Origin: Yuukianura sp. NJ FZ-2021
Lineage: Eukaryota
Assembly: GCA_046563655.1 (NCBI GenBank)
Contig: CM102283.1
Location: 4,340,001-4,404,000, forward strand
DNA length: 64,000 nt
Direction: 5' to 3'
In this document: positions 13,293 to 27,272 of the stretch, in pieces
How positions within the stretch are numbered: the first letter of the stretch is position 1
Layout of the letters: the number at the start of each line of letters is the position of its first letter
The notes under the pieces: generated by a model
Databases searched by the model: none
The model's input: the letters and a program-made list of their open reading frames with translations, nothing else
What the model was told of the DNA's origin: nothing
Position numbers and translations under genes: made by a program

Positions 13293-14623
13293 TCAAGCGA
13301 GGTTTGCCGAGATGGAATGATGTGTAGGTTTGGCGGCCGGTGCCGTTGGAGCCCTTTGAAGTAGCGGTGGAGACTTGTAGTGAAGCTTTCGACCGTTTGT
13401 CTGCAAATTCATAACAATTTTACATGTATGTCTTCTTCACACAATTTATGAGTATATTTTTTTTTAGGTTTGAAGAAAATTTACCTTGGCATAGACTAGT
13501 TGGGCATGTCTGAGTATGGCAAGAATGTCGCCCACAGCAGTGATGTCCATGTTCCGTAACCACTGATCGTTCAACTCATTTAGCATGTTGGGCTTCATAC
13601 GATTTTCGTCAAAGATATTTGCGTATCTCTCCTCGTGTCCGGAACGAATACCAGCAGCTCGGAAGAATTGAATCCAGTCTTCTAAATATGAAAGTGCGTG
13701 GTTTAGTGAAATTCCTATACTAGTCAATCAATTGCAAAGAATCGTGTTGAATTAAAGACTCACCCCTGCTCACGTTGAGTTCGTACTCCAACAATTTGTC
13801 CTTAAGCGCTTCATTTTCCTCTTCCAGTACTTTGTTTCGTTCCCTGTAGAAATTGAGCTGGCGTACCATCTCCTCCTTTTCGGCCTTTTTCCGTAGCCGG
13901 TTTTCGTAGGAGGCTCGAGCAGCGGCTGCTTCCGGATACAGTGTAGTATCCAGTTCATACATTTTCTTTGGTCTACTTCCTCCACCGCCAGATCCACCGC
14001 TACCACTGCTTTGGGACGACTGACGCTTATGACTTCGCACTCTGGATGGCATGACCTTGGGCTTCATCTCGTGTTGATCAAAACTTCCGTCGTTGTCTTC
14101 CATGAATACAAGGTCCACTTGGCAGCCGTCTGCTGTGTCATAACAATCGTCTGCTTCTGCATCTTCGTAGACACGCTGATGTTGTAAGTTCGGTTTCCTT
14201 CTTTGAGCGACGTCCAGTCTCACCTAAAGCACAAGCATTAATTAATAAATTCATCTTAGTACATCACATGGAAGTACTCATGGACTGTAATGTCCCCTTC
14301 TATAGTTACATTGAACAGACGAGGTGACACCACAGTAGTACCAACAGCGACGCCCATGCGCCATGGTTTGAATTTGGGTTTTAAATGGAAGGTAATGAAA
14401 CACTATACCCTATTTATCTACTCTAAATACACCGATCACCAACATACCACTGAAAGCGGCCCCGCTAAACTTTGAAATTGGAGATTACCTGTGGAGTTAG
14501 CAGTTGTGCCGTTGTGTCATCCAGTTCCTCATCCTCGTAGTCCTGCACGTCTTCCTCAACCTCGCCCACTTCGTACTTCATGAATGGCTGAAAGTGAGCA
14601 GCAGGAGTTCGTCTGGTCGCCAT
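13293..14623 (-). CDS. protein with coiled coil and C19orf47-type SAM-like domain, 4 exons
   Basis: Exon DWIQFFRAAGIRSGHEERYANIFDENRMKPNMLNELNDQWLRNMDITAVGDILAILRHAQ resembles the recalled C19orf47 SAM-like domain (EWIQFFKEAGI...GDIIAILKHAK). ATG at 14623, a coiled-coil exon at ~13766-14223, and stop at 13293. Confidence 0.7.
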
Positions 14624-15650
14624 ATTCGATTAGTACTTGGCACGGAGCAGCAGGGAGTCTTCTGTAAATTATTTTAAGTAAATGATCGATTAGTTCGACT
14701 ATAAATTGAGACAACTTTACGTCGAGATAATTAGTAATTGGAAAATGGAAACGGATGAGTCGTGTGAAGAAGAGTGTGTGTGAAGTCGAATTTCGTACTT
14801 ACTTGACTTGGTATCCAGGGAGGGACGACGTGGGTACGATATGAATACGATTGTTATAGGGGTTTGTGTGGAGATGAGAGGAGTTGGCGTTGGCCATGCC
14901 TAGACGTGAGGGGGAAAACGTGTCTCAAAACGTTGCGGCGTCCCTCTCTCCCTCTGCTGTTTCTAGGATTAGTTTTTGTCAGCCGAAGCCGATACCCTCT
15001 TCTGTGCCTCTTCTTGCATCTTCACTCGTCTTCTATCGACTCACTTCTCTGGATCCACAAAAACGAGGACACACTCCGTACCGACGAAATCCACCAGAAC
15101 AATAGCATCATACTCTTCCCATTCCTTCTGGCGCAGCAACGTTCAGCTCAAAGTACCCACATTTTTTAAGCATCATTCGAACATCTCTCCTCTCATTTCT
15201 CTTCATCCTATTGTTTCTGCATGCACAAGTGCCAAAACGACCAGCACGTTCTGAAATTCAGATCAAACTACTTTTCTATTGTCTTCAATCTTCACTTCGT
15301 TTACGTACTAGATGTGCAGGAATCGTTGTAATAGATTGGCCACTTCTTGAAAGATATGCCCGAACAAACCTTTAGGTTTTTTTTAAAGATAAATCCGTTT
15401 TGCTAATTGAGTTGTGGAACTGTAATAGTAATAGATAAGTCGGTTACACAACTCGATAGCCAGTAGTTATCAGAAGAACTTACAAAATCACAGCAGCAAC
15501 ATAGACATAAAAGACGAAATAAAAAAAAAAGGGATCAGCGCTACTTTAAACTCTTTAAAATCAAAAATATCATCAAAAATAGACAAACAACGATTTTTAC
15601 TGGTTTTTTTTTTCGAATTAAAGTGAGTGATGAATCCATAATTTACTCAA

Positions 15651-17727
<2,077 letters not shown>

Positions 17728-18189
17728 GGTGTGTTTGTGATTTGATTCAGTAGTTCCGTATGCTCAATTCCAATGGGTTCTCAGGTGGAATCAGAACAAC
17801 CGGGGACGGGAAGTGACTCCAAGTTAACCTTGGAAGTTCAAAGTGGAAGGAGCAGTTGAGTGAATCTCTGCTCGTACTGCCAGCAGAAACCTTAGTAATT
17901 GACTTTTCAATTAGTAAACTAACTTACAACTGCTGCTGCTGCAAGCGTTTGACGGAGTGACAGAAGACGGCAGGGTGGATGAGAGCCTACTTGCAGTAAG
18001 TGATGTGCCAAAGAGTACCGGTACTCCGTGGCTCAATTCACTGCGAATGTGAGTTCTGTGGCACACAGCCCCAACACGTCACCCTCTGCTCTTTGCCAAC
18101 TAGTCAAGTCTCAGCTAGACGCGCCAAATTCAAAAACATCAACAAAATAATCTCCCCACCCAAAACTGCCAACCAACCCACTCAATTCA

Positions 18190-18442
18190 GGGTTGGCGTA
18201 AGGCTTAAAGATCTTCATTGTAGCCGCCTGGTGTAGCCACATCAGGCGGCTACACCAGGCGCCTGAGAGGCTACAACAATGGGTGGATACACTATGCCGC
18301 AAATTATGTTACCACTTTAGTTACGTTAGTAACTAAGTAGTTAGTAAGTGGCTACAAAGGTTGCCACTATCAGCCGACAGAACAGACTACCAGATGCCTG
18401 CATCACGGCTACAATTCGCATCGTTAATCCTTACGTTCTACC
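18190..18442. mobile_element. degenerate MITE related to the 9710-10374 family
   Basis: Imperfect TIRs GGGTTGGCGTAAGGCTTAAAGATCTTCATTGTAGCCG / GGTAGAACGTAAGGATTAACGATGCGAATTGTAGCCG share TGTAGCC/GGCTAC motifs with the 9710 element. Degenerate TSD TCAATTCA/ACAATTGA. Confidence 0.65.
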
Positions 18443-19150
18443 ACAATTGAATTCAGAATAAATACACAAAACAAAGCACAGCCAACTGTTTTGAATTTGA
18501 GTCGAAGTACGATAATAAAATAAAAGCTAATCTGAATCTGAGATTAAGAACTTTAATTACTTTCGCCTATGCGTCTTGTCAAATCGTTTTTTTTTATGAA
18601 AAAACATGAAAAACATTTTCCAAGGGACGCTTTTAAAAGCTGGTATTTATAAAAGGGTAATACCCCTCACCCAAAGAATGACGATACTAAGAACCACGAA
18701 CCACCCTATGCTATAAAGCAGTTTTCGTCATTCCAGATTATCTTTTGTTTACTCACACATTTGCTATTTGCTATTGCTTGCTGCCCATATGATTCGATTG
18801 CGATTTGGTAGGAGGCTGTTCCAAGTTATCATCTCCGTCTTCCCTGACATTAGCTTTTAACCAAAGTTCAAAGGTCGCTGCACTCCACTTCCATTTGATT
18901 TTAGTTTTTGGGCTCATCATCAGCTTCACACTTATCAGTAACATCAACATGTAAGGAAGGGAATATGGCAATGATATAATAAAAAATATCTCCCTAGTTG
19001 GTCTCTATTATGCTTTTCCGCTATCATTGTTTAGTGACACTCAACAGTGCAGGAATGGGTTCCAACAAGAATCCGCTAGAGAATTGAATTTTCTTCGGGA
19101 TAAGTGCTGACCCATTACCGTGGAGTCCGTCCGTACCATAAAACGACGAA

Positions 19151-22100
19151 ATGTGGGTAAAGCCAGAAGAGATTCTTATGCCCGGTACTTTTTGGTAAAG
19201 TGAAACATTTCTTTAAAATGATAAGCTACAATTATTTTATTCTGCCTTAAAATTATATGGATATTCATATTCGTATTCATGACACAGGATTCCCGAACAA
19301 GCCAATACTTATTTCGTGTTACAACAGAGAAGAGGTCATGGCAATCGGAAAAAGAACATAGGTTCCATCCTGGTCCGGACTTTGGACACCGGTTCTTGAT
19401 ACGAAACCGCCCCCATACCGAATCCTGCATCAAACGCCAAACTCCGAAGTTTATTACCGTACGCCTTCTAATAAGAATGAAAACAACACTATTTTTCACT
19501 TGAAAATCTCTCTTTTCTTACTTTAGTTATTGCGTGTTCTCTGACACAAAGAGAGATTTTACAAGACTGGGCCTGGATAGAAAAGAATTTAATGAACACT
19601 CTCTACAACTTCGACAATGAAGAACAAGTTACTGAATTTGTCAAATGCAAAATTGAATCCCTTGTTGCAGATTTGAAGCCAAAATCTGATTTAGCTGAAG
19701 GTTAATTCAATTAAATTCAGACTATTTTCCATTTAGCACCAAATTATAACGAAAAAATTGTTTTCTAATTTGTGTAGATGCCGAAAGTGAATCGTTTCGC
19801 GCCTGCTCTCACCGATTTCGCAAGATTTTTAATTTTCCTGAACAAGAGAAATTGGTTAATTTTTACTCCTGCAGGTAAGCAGCTCATGTTTTATGCAATA
19901 TGTTGGCCCACCCACAACATTCGACATTGGCTATCGTTGTAGTTACTGGAAAGGGAGTCTTCCGAGGCAGGGGTGGCTGTACCTGAGTGTTTCTCATCTT
20001 TCATTTTATTCCTACCTGATTGGCAAGGAGACCAAGATAAAACTGCGATGGACAGACGTCACCGGACTTGACACGATCAACTCATTCGTGTTTCCAGATT
20101 CCATACAAGTTTCCACACGAGAAGGACAGGTGAAGTAAAATATAAAAGATTCTGATAACTTAGAGTTGTGGTGTTTATTCAATAATTTGTTTCTATTTTC
20201 AGTTTCACTTTTCCATGTTTGTCAAAAAGTCTGAAACGTTTAACTTAATGACACAACTTGCCAATCTTGCAATGAGACAGTAAGAAATCACTAAAACCTG
20301 GAATTTACTTGAGAGATTCGATACAACACAGTTCTCTGATTATGTAGGCTTATGGATGAGAGGAGTTTTCGTGAGGATCCAGACTTGTTATGTAAATCCA
20401 GCAAAAACGTTCCAAAGAAAGCGTCAGTGCTGAAACGGGACATTGATGCGCGTGCAGAGTCCGAGGCTTACAGAAACATTTTCAGATTACCGGCTGAGGA
20501 AAAACTGGATGGACGGACGCAGTGTGCTCTCTGGACACCTTACAATAAAAGAGAGCCCAAGGGGACACTCTACCTGTCAAACAATTACGTCTGCTTCAAA
20601 AGCAAAGTAAATTTAAAAAAAGCAATTATCGAAACTGTTATAATATTTAGCCAATCCAGTAACTATCATTGCTAACGTTGGATTATCATATCACACAGGT
20701 TCCAAGACTGGTTGACCTAGTTATCCCGCTTCGTGAAGTCCAAGTCATCGAAAAGAGTACATCAGACGCCACGAGTCTTCTCTTCACCATGAAACACAAA
20801 TCGTCCTTCCTTCTTACGCAACTCGAGGACCGAGATTTTCTGTCACAAAAGCTGTCTGAACTCCTTTGGAAAACGTCTACACCGAAATCTCCGTATGACC
20901 ATTTGAATTCAATCATTGAAACAATTATCAGTCAGAAAATAATGTTGGTTGTATGTACTTAAGTCTAAGTATTTTACTTTTTAATATTTTTGCATATTTT
21001 TCGCAGAGTGTCCTCCAGTTTGTCGAGCTCTGTCAACAGTTTTATCCTGCTGGAAAGTGGAACTGGAGAAGGCGAACGACGAAAAAATTGTGAGGCATTT
21101 TTTTTAATTTGTGTTCTTATAGATTATTTGTATATTTTTTTTGTGCTGATTGTATTTTTTATTTACGTTTTTGAAATCAGCGCTTTTACTGTTTTTTATT
21201 TTTGCAGATGAGGATGGAATCCTCCATGAACCCCTGATGGAACTGTTTCCACTTCCAGTTCATGGTGACATTCTCGAGCGAGAGCAGGAGACCGAGCGTC
21301 AGTGGAGTCGGCACTTTGAGGAGTTTGGGCGTGGGATTTCCATTTACAGAACAACAGAGACGACTGAACTAATTTTGCGAGGTGTACCGGATAAGCTCCG
21401 CTCCGAAATCTGGCTAATTTTCTCGGGTGCTTCAAACGACTTGGCCATTCACCACGGACGCTACGCAGAATTCGTGGAAGGGGCAGTTCGGAAGAAGTGT
21501 CAAGCGAACGAAGAAATCGAGCGGGATCTTCATCGCTCTCTGCCAGAACACCCCGCTTTTCATCATGAAGTGGGACTAGGTGCTCTACGTCGTGTTCTGT
21601 GCGCGTACGCCTCCAGAAATCCACACATTGGCTACTGTCAGGTAAATAAGATTTACAAGTATGTCGCTCACATCAATCCCAACATCAACTGATTTTTATG
21701 AAATTCTGTTTGAAAATTAGGCAATGAACATGGTTGCTTCAGTCCTCCTGCTGTACTGTAGTGAAGAAGAATCTTTCTGGCTCTTGGTGGCGATTTGTGA
21801 GAGACTGCTGCCTGACTACTACAATCGGAAGGTGGTCGGTGCCATGGTGGATCAAAATGTGATGGATGAACTGATGGAGAAGCATTTGCCCAAGGTCCAC
21901 GCCCACCTCTCTAAACTCAACATGATCGGAATGATCTGTCTGTCCTGGTTCCTAACACTGTTTCTAAGGTAGGACTCGAGTAGAACATTTCAATTTTCTA
22001 TACTATTAGATTAACCACATAAATATGTAATAACAAATAATAATAATGAGAAGGTCAAGTTAATAATGTCAGTGATTCTGTTTTAGTGTCATGTCGTTTG

Positions 22101-23929
22101 ACGCTGCCGTCTGCATCATGGACTGGTAAGGGATTTGATTTTATCGATTTCATGGAATCGAAATTAAGTGCAACAGAATTATGAAATTTACCCTACAAAA
22201 CTCTTTGTTTTGCAGTTTTTTCTACGAAGGCGCCAAAGTAATTTTTCAAGTGGCCTTAACAATTCTGGAGCTTAATGAAGATGCGCTGCTTCGTTGCTCG
22301 GATGAAGGTGAAGCAATGCAGCTATTATCAGACTACCTTTCTGGAATCTACCTTGTGCAGGACTCTCTCATTGACATTGGAGAAGATCTAACAAAAGCAC
22401 ACAGTCCAAACGATATTGTTCTGCACATGCTCCCTTCATCACTGCCTGTCGGACCCAAGACACGACTAGGCAGCCAGAAGCGGTCTATTGCCATCTCCAC
22501 GCTGATCTTCGAATCATATCGAAGGTTTGATACTATTCTGCAAGCAACGGACATTGCTACGCTCCGTCTCAAACATCGTCTTCGTGTCATTCAAACCTTG
22601 GAAGACACTGCGATGCGGAATGCTCTTCGAACGGTGTCGTTGGACAGGACCAAGTTTAGTGCCGATGAAGTCCAGGAACTGTTTTTGCTTGTTCGGTGCG
22701 ACCATATTTGGCAAGTGGCGGCAGGGCTGGGCGTGCCAGAAGAAAAGGGGAGTGGCAACGGTGCCAACGGGTATCTCCAATACCAACTGCTGGATCTGGA
22801 GCAATTCAGAGCAGCGTTCATGGCATTCAGTCCTTGGGCGAATAATGGAAATCCCAACCTCCATCCGCTCATTCAGCGCCTATTCACTGTAAGTTTATCT
22901 TTCCATTTTTCTCGAAAATATTTAACATGCACTTTTATCTGTAGTTTTTCGATGATGATGGAGATGGCTATATGAAATTCAGTGACCTCGTTCATATCCT
23001 TGGTATCACGACGCATGGAGAATCGACGCTTCGTCTGCGACTGTTTTACTCTCTGCATCTTCCTCCTCTGCTGAACACGACTGAACAAGATTTGACGTCA
23101 CCCGGTAACTTATATTTTTTAAGAAGTTACTTTTAATTTTTCACTTGCATTCTCTCTCATGCGTCTTATAAAATTTTAGAAGAAAGTTCTGCCGAAATTG
23201 CGACAGAGGCTTCCGAATTCTTCAATCTTCAGGCCGACGAGGCTTGTGAGGAGAGATCAACGTCATCATCGGTAGTATCCATTCTCAGGGGACCAACGCC
23301 CGGTAACATTTATAAACCAAAAGCAATTATTTGCCAACGATTAACATGTTAACTGTGTTGAATAGATGAGGACAGCAAGGGAAGAGAAGAGAGGCTGATT
23401 ACACTTCGTGGACTGAGAGAATCCATGCTCAGTGTTGGCTCACCGCTACCTCCAATGGATCAGCCGCACTTCATTGCCATGTGGAAGTCCTTTTACGACA
23501 TTTTCATTCAGCAGAAGAATGAGCAAGAAGCCTATCATTCCATTGTTAGTGTCGGAACTCTGCTGATTCGACTGGGAGACGCCAGAAACCGATTTAAGAA
23601 TCCCACTTCTGGTGCTGAAGAGACTCAAAAGATTCCCGACTGTCAAGGGAGCGACAGGTCCAAATTGGAGGTAAAACGGAATTAAATTGAAATATTTTAT
23701 GATATTAAACGTTTTTAATTAAGTTTAAACTTTTTTATTCCTTTAGCTTCCACTTGGTACTGGAAGTGACGACTGGGAAATCAGTTTTGAGCAGTTCGTG
23801 GCATCGATTCTGACGCAGGAGCCACTTGTGGAATTTTTCGAAACGGAAACACGTCTGCAGAATGCGTTGGAGAAATGCAAAGCCAAGGGACTGCTGCGCC
23901 AATCAACGCTCGCCTCGTCTCCCGACTAA
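19151..23929 (+). CDS. TBC1D9: TBC1 domain family member 8/9 (GRAM-GRAM-TBC-EF-hand Rab GAP)
   Basis: N-terminus [19 protein letters not shown] domains ([17 protein letters not shown]), TBC motifs ([33 protein letters not shown]) and C-terminal [13 protein letters not shown]...SSPD*. Confidence 0.95.
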
Positions 23930-25266
23930 ACCAAAGACTTAATCGTCACCAAAGAAAGCCAATCAAAATCAATCAGGACGAAATTCGTCCACTTTCCTCG
24001 ATTATTTTCATCCATCCACTGGGATTGGTGAAACCATCAACTAAACACTTTTATACTTTCCTTCTCTCGTGCTGTTTTAATGATCAAAACTAAAGATGAG
24101 TAAACCGTCAACATTTTGAACACTGCTTCGTTTCGTTCCTTCTCACGCCATGGAATTTGAATTAAGCAAGTGTTGAATGTAGGAGGTTTCTGGACGGAAC
24201 CGTTCGAACCTTTGTTATTTAGTTTGGTATGATGGACTGCCATCTACGAACAAATGTATTTGAAACAATGTCCACAAGGATAGGTTTGTCAATCCGTCCA
24301 CATCAGTTAGGTTTAAACGTTCATGAACCTCCGGTCAGGAGATTCGGATGACGCCTGTAAAAAGTATGGTCAACTTTTAACTGTGTTTTTATGTTTTGTT
24401 TGATTTGTGATGGAGATAAGAGTAGAAAGATGAGAAATGTCAATATTGACTGGGATATTTTTGGACAAGTGATCTGCTGCAGGGCAAGTTCACTTCCCCT
24501 TGTTATGGCCAAGTCATTTTGAGGCGTCAGAAGAAAGACTTCTTCAGTTGGGATCCAAGTGATCTCATCATTCTTCAGTTCCTGTTCAATCTTTTGTTCC
24601 ACTTGTTTCACCTCCTCAGGTTTTAGAACAGCATCATCAATTGAGCAATTAGGGAGAGGCAAGATGTTGGCATAGCGGAAACTACTAGGTACGACTCCGC
24701 TCTGCTACATTCAGCCCTCGTCCTCTTGCTTCGTAAACTTCGCTTTCACACACCGTCGTCGCCAAGCAGTATTTCCAGGGTAGTCCAATCAGAAGAAAAC
24801 CTTGACGACCACAACAGCAAAAGTCTCAAAGATTGTAGAAGAGGCCTATCGTAAGGTAAATCAAATGTGTAAAAATTAAAGTAAATTGCACTGTAATAAA
24901 TTACGATGAAATTGTTAACTGTTTTCGGACCAATTAAAAATTTGAGTTGGACATTTCGTTTACGGTGACTGAGCAGCGAATAAACCAAAATGACGCTATC
25001 ATTTGGATCACATTATAACTTTCATAGTTTCACGCTTGATTATTTACTGCTTACAACTTTAAAAGAAACGTATTGCGTTTTGCGTCCCAAGGCTGCGTGC
25101 ACTTATTACGGTAAATTAATTGAATGAATAAAAAACATTCCGAACTCGGCGAATAGTTTAATTTGTACAAGGAAAGTCTTCGCACAAAATCTACAGAAGG
25201 TCTTGGCTAAGTTCGATGACTACGTTCATCATGTTGGTTTGACTAATTAGTAACCATGTAAAGAAA

Positions 25267-25476
25267 TCACAACGTCTCTCTCGGATCTGGCGGGCCCCAG
25301 GACGGCGGATCTCCAGGCTTCCTGTTTCCTCCGAAAAGCGCAGATTTATCTCGATATTTGGCAGACCGTAGCATTTCGTGATTATCGAATTGTTGGCCAA
25401 CGAACCCACAGGCTGCGATGATTCCGAAGAATGGAATCATCTTGAAGTTGAAGCCGAAGATGTTGACCTTTACCAT
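25267..25476 (-). CDS. NDUFB1: NADH dehydrogenase 1 beta subcomplex subunit 1 (MNLL)
   Basis: 69-aa ORF with a TM segment followed by the RDKSALFG...PPSW motif typical of invertebrate NDUFB1/ND-MNLL. A splice acceptor lies 4 nt before the ATG. Confidence 0.88.
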   Translation of the reverse strand: MVKVNIFGFNFKMIPFFGIIAACGFVGQQFDNHEMLRSAKYRDKSALFGGNRKPGDPPSWGPPDPRETL

Positions 25477-25579
25477 GGTTCTAGCAAATTAAATCAATAA
25501 TTATACAGTTAAGTTCCCCAGAACTAAAAGTCGCAGCATCTAAGCTAATAGTACATAGTATATTACCCAAGAGGTGCAC

Positions 25580-25823
25580 TTATGCAGTAACCTGCCCCGT
25601 TCGCCGTTCTTCAACTGCCTTGCCAAGTTTCCCTGTCAATGGAGTGAAACATTTCTTGCTTACTTTAAAATGTAGATTGTTAAATATGAATTGACTGAGC
25701 ACCTAACTATTATGACTTACACTTCCGAGTGTGATTCCAATCTGCGATAATCAGACCAAAGCAAATGACGGGGAAGATAATTGACGCTCGATATCTTTTC
25801 CAAGAAGTGGCTACACCACCCAT
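25580..25823 (-). CDS. spliced 51-aa single-TM micropeptide, copy A (exons 25823-25721 and 25632-25580)
   Basis: MGGVATSWKRYRASIIFPVICFGLIIADWNHTRK|WKLGKAVEERRTGQVTA*. A canonical 88-nt GTAAGT...TTGACAG intron joins the exons in frame. Confidence 0.7.
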
Positions 25824-26432
25824 CAAGGGACAAGAATCAACTGAAAAGCGTCTAGTGAATTCACTGGTTACCCACAACACAACAATCAAGGATTTAAGCT
25901 ACGCAAAATTCAATGACAAAAAACTGATCAACAGCAATACTGTGCAGCTGGTGTGAATCGTGTATGTAAGCGCAGAAGAGTGAGAGTGAGAGTACGGTTA
26001 GTACGGACGAGTTCCAAAGTAATCAGCAGTTTGTTTCTTACTTTTGTAAAATCGAGCTCACTAATCCTCGGAAATCTCGGAAGTTTGCAAAACAGAAGCA
26101 AATTCCTGTATGCGGCTGCGTAAGGATTAGTAATCCTAATCCGGATTCCGGAATTTGCTTCTGTTTTGCAAACTTCCGAGATTTCCGAGGATTAGTGAGC
26201 TCGATTTTACAAAAGTAAGAAACAAACTGCTGATTACTTTGGAACTCGTCCGTACTAACCGTACTCTCACTCTCACTCTTCTGCGCTTACATACACGATT
26301 CACACCAGCTGCACAGTATTGCTGTTGATCAGTTTTTTGTCATTGAATTTTGCGTAGCTTAAATCCTTGATTGTTGTGTTGTGGGTAACCAGTGAATTCA
26401 CTAGACGCTTTTCAGTTGATTCTTGTCCCTTG

Positions 26433-26676
26433 ATGGGTGGTGTAGCCACTTCTTGGAAAAGATATCGAGCGTCAATTATCTTCCCCGTCATTTGCTTTGG
26501 TCTGATTATCGCAGATTGGAATCACACTCGGAAGTGTAAGTCATAATAGTTAGGTGCTCAGTCAATTCATATTTAACAATCTACATTTTAAAGTAAGCAA
26601 GAAATGTTTCACTCCATTGACAGGGAAACTTGGCAAGGCAGTTGAAGAACGGCGAACGGGGCAGGTTACTGCATAA
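26433..26676 (+). CDS. spliced 51-aa micropeptide, copy B (exons 26433-26535 and 26624-26676)
   Basis: Mirror copy of 25580-25823 in the right palindrome arm. Confidence 0.65.
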
Positions 26677-27266
26677 GTGCACCTCTTGGGTAATATACTA
26701 CGTACTATTAGCTAGAAGAAATCGAGCGTCAATTATCTTCCCAGTCATTTGCTTTGGTCTGATTATCGCAGATTGGAATCACACTCGGAAGTGTAAGTCA
26801 TAATAGTTAGGTGCTCAGTCAATTCATATTTAACAATCTACATTTTAAAGTAAGCAAGAAATGTTTCACTCCATTGACAGGGAAACTTGGCAAGGCAGTT
26901 GAAGAACGGCGAACGGGGCAGGTTACTGCATAAGTGCACCTCTTGGGTAATATACTACGTACTATTAGCTAGAAGAAATCGAGCGTCAATTATCTTCCCA
27001 GTCATTTGCTTTGGTCTGATTATCGCAGATTGGAATCACACTCGGAAGTGTAAGTCATAATAGTTAGGTGCTCAGTCAATTCATATTTAACAATCTACAT
27101 TTTAAAGTAAGCAAGAAATGTTTCACTCCATTGACAGGGAAACTTGGCAAGGCAGTTGAAGAACGGCGAACGGGGCAGGTTACTGCATAAGTGCACCTCT
27201 TGGGTAATATACTACGTACTATTAGCTAGAAGAAATCGAGCGTCAATTATCTTCCCAGTCATTTGC
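26464..27266 (+). repeat. tandem repeat, 257-bp unit, ~3.1 copies
   Basis: ATCGAGCGTCAATTATCTTCC recurs at 26464, 26721, 26978 and 27235. Confidence 0.97.
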
Positions 27267-27272
27267 CTTACC

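Larger units (their letters stand above)
25543..26713. repeat. large inverted repeat (palindrome), 564-bp arms, 43-bp spacer
   Basis: 25543-26106 is the reverse complement of 26150-26713, with one mismatch noticed. The ORF track shows identical mirror ORFs at 25765+ and 26491-. Confidence 0.97.

Noticed and set aside
14864-15254. Three overlapping plus-strand ORFs
   Set aside because: No motifs or convincing starts. The region is probably Sec61alpha 3'UTR or the neighbouring gene's promoter.
24037-24988. Minus-strand ORFs between TBC1D9 and NDUFB1
   Set aside because: No recognisable domain, in-frame stops upstream and no consistent exon chain found. Possibly UTR or a decayed fragment.
25765-26491. 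Identical 63-aa ORFs MTGKIIDARY... as genes
   Set aside because: They are antisense to the spliced micropeptide exon and intron, and identical only because of the palindrome.
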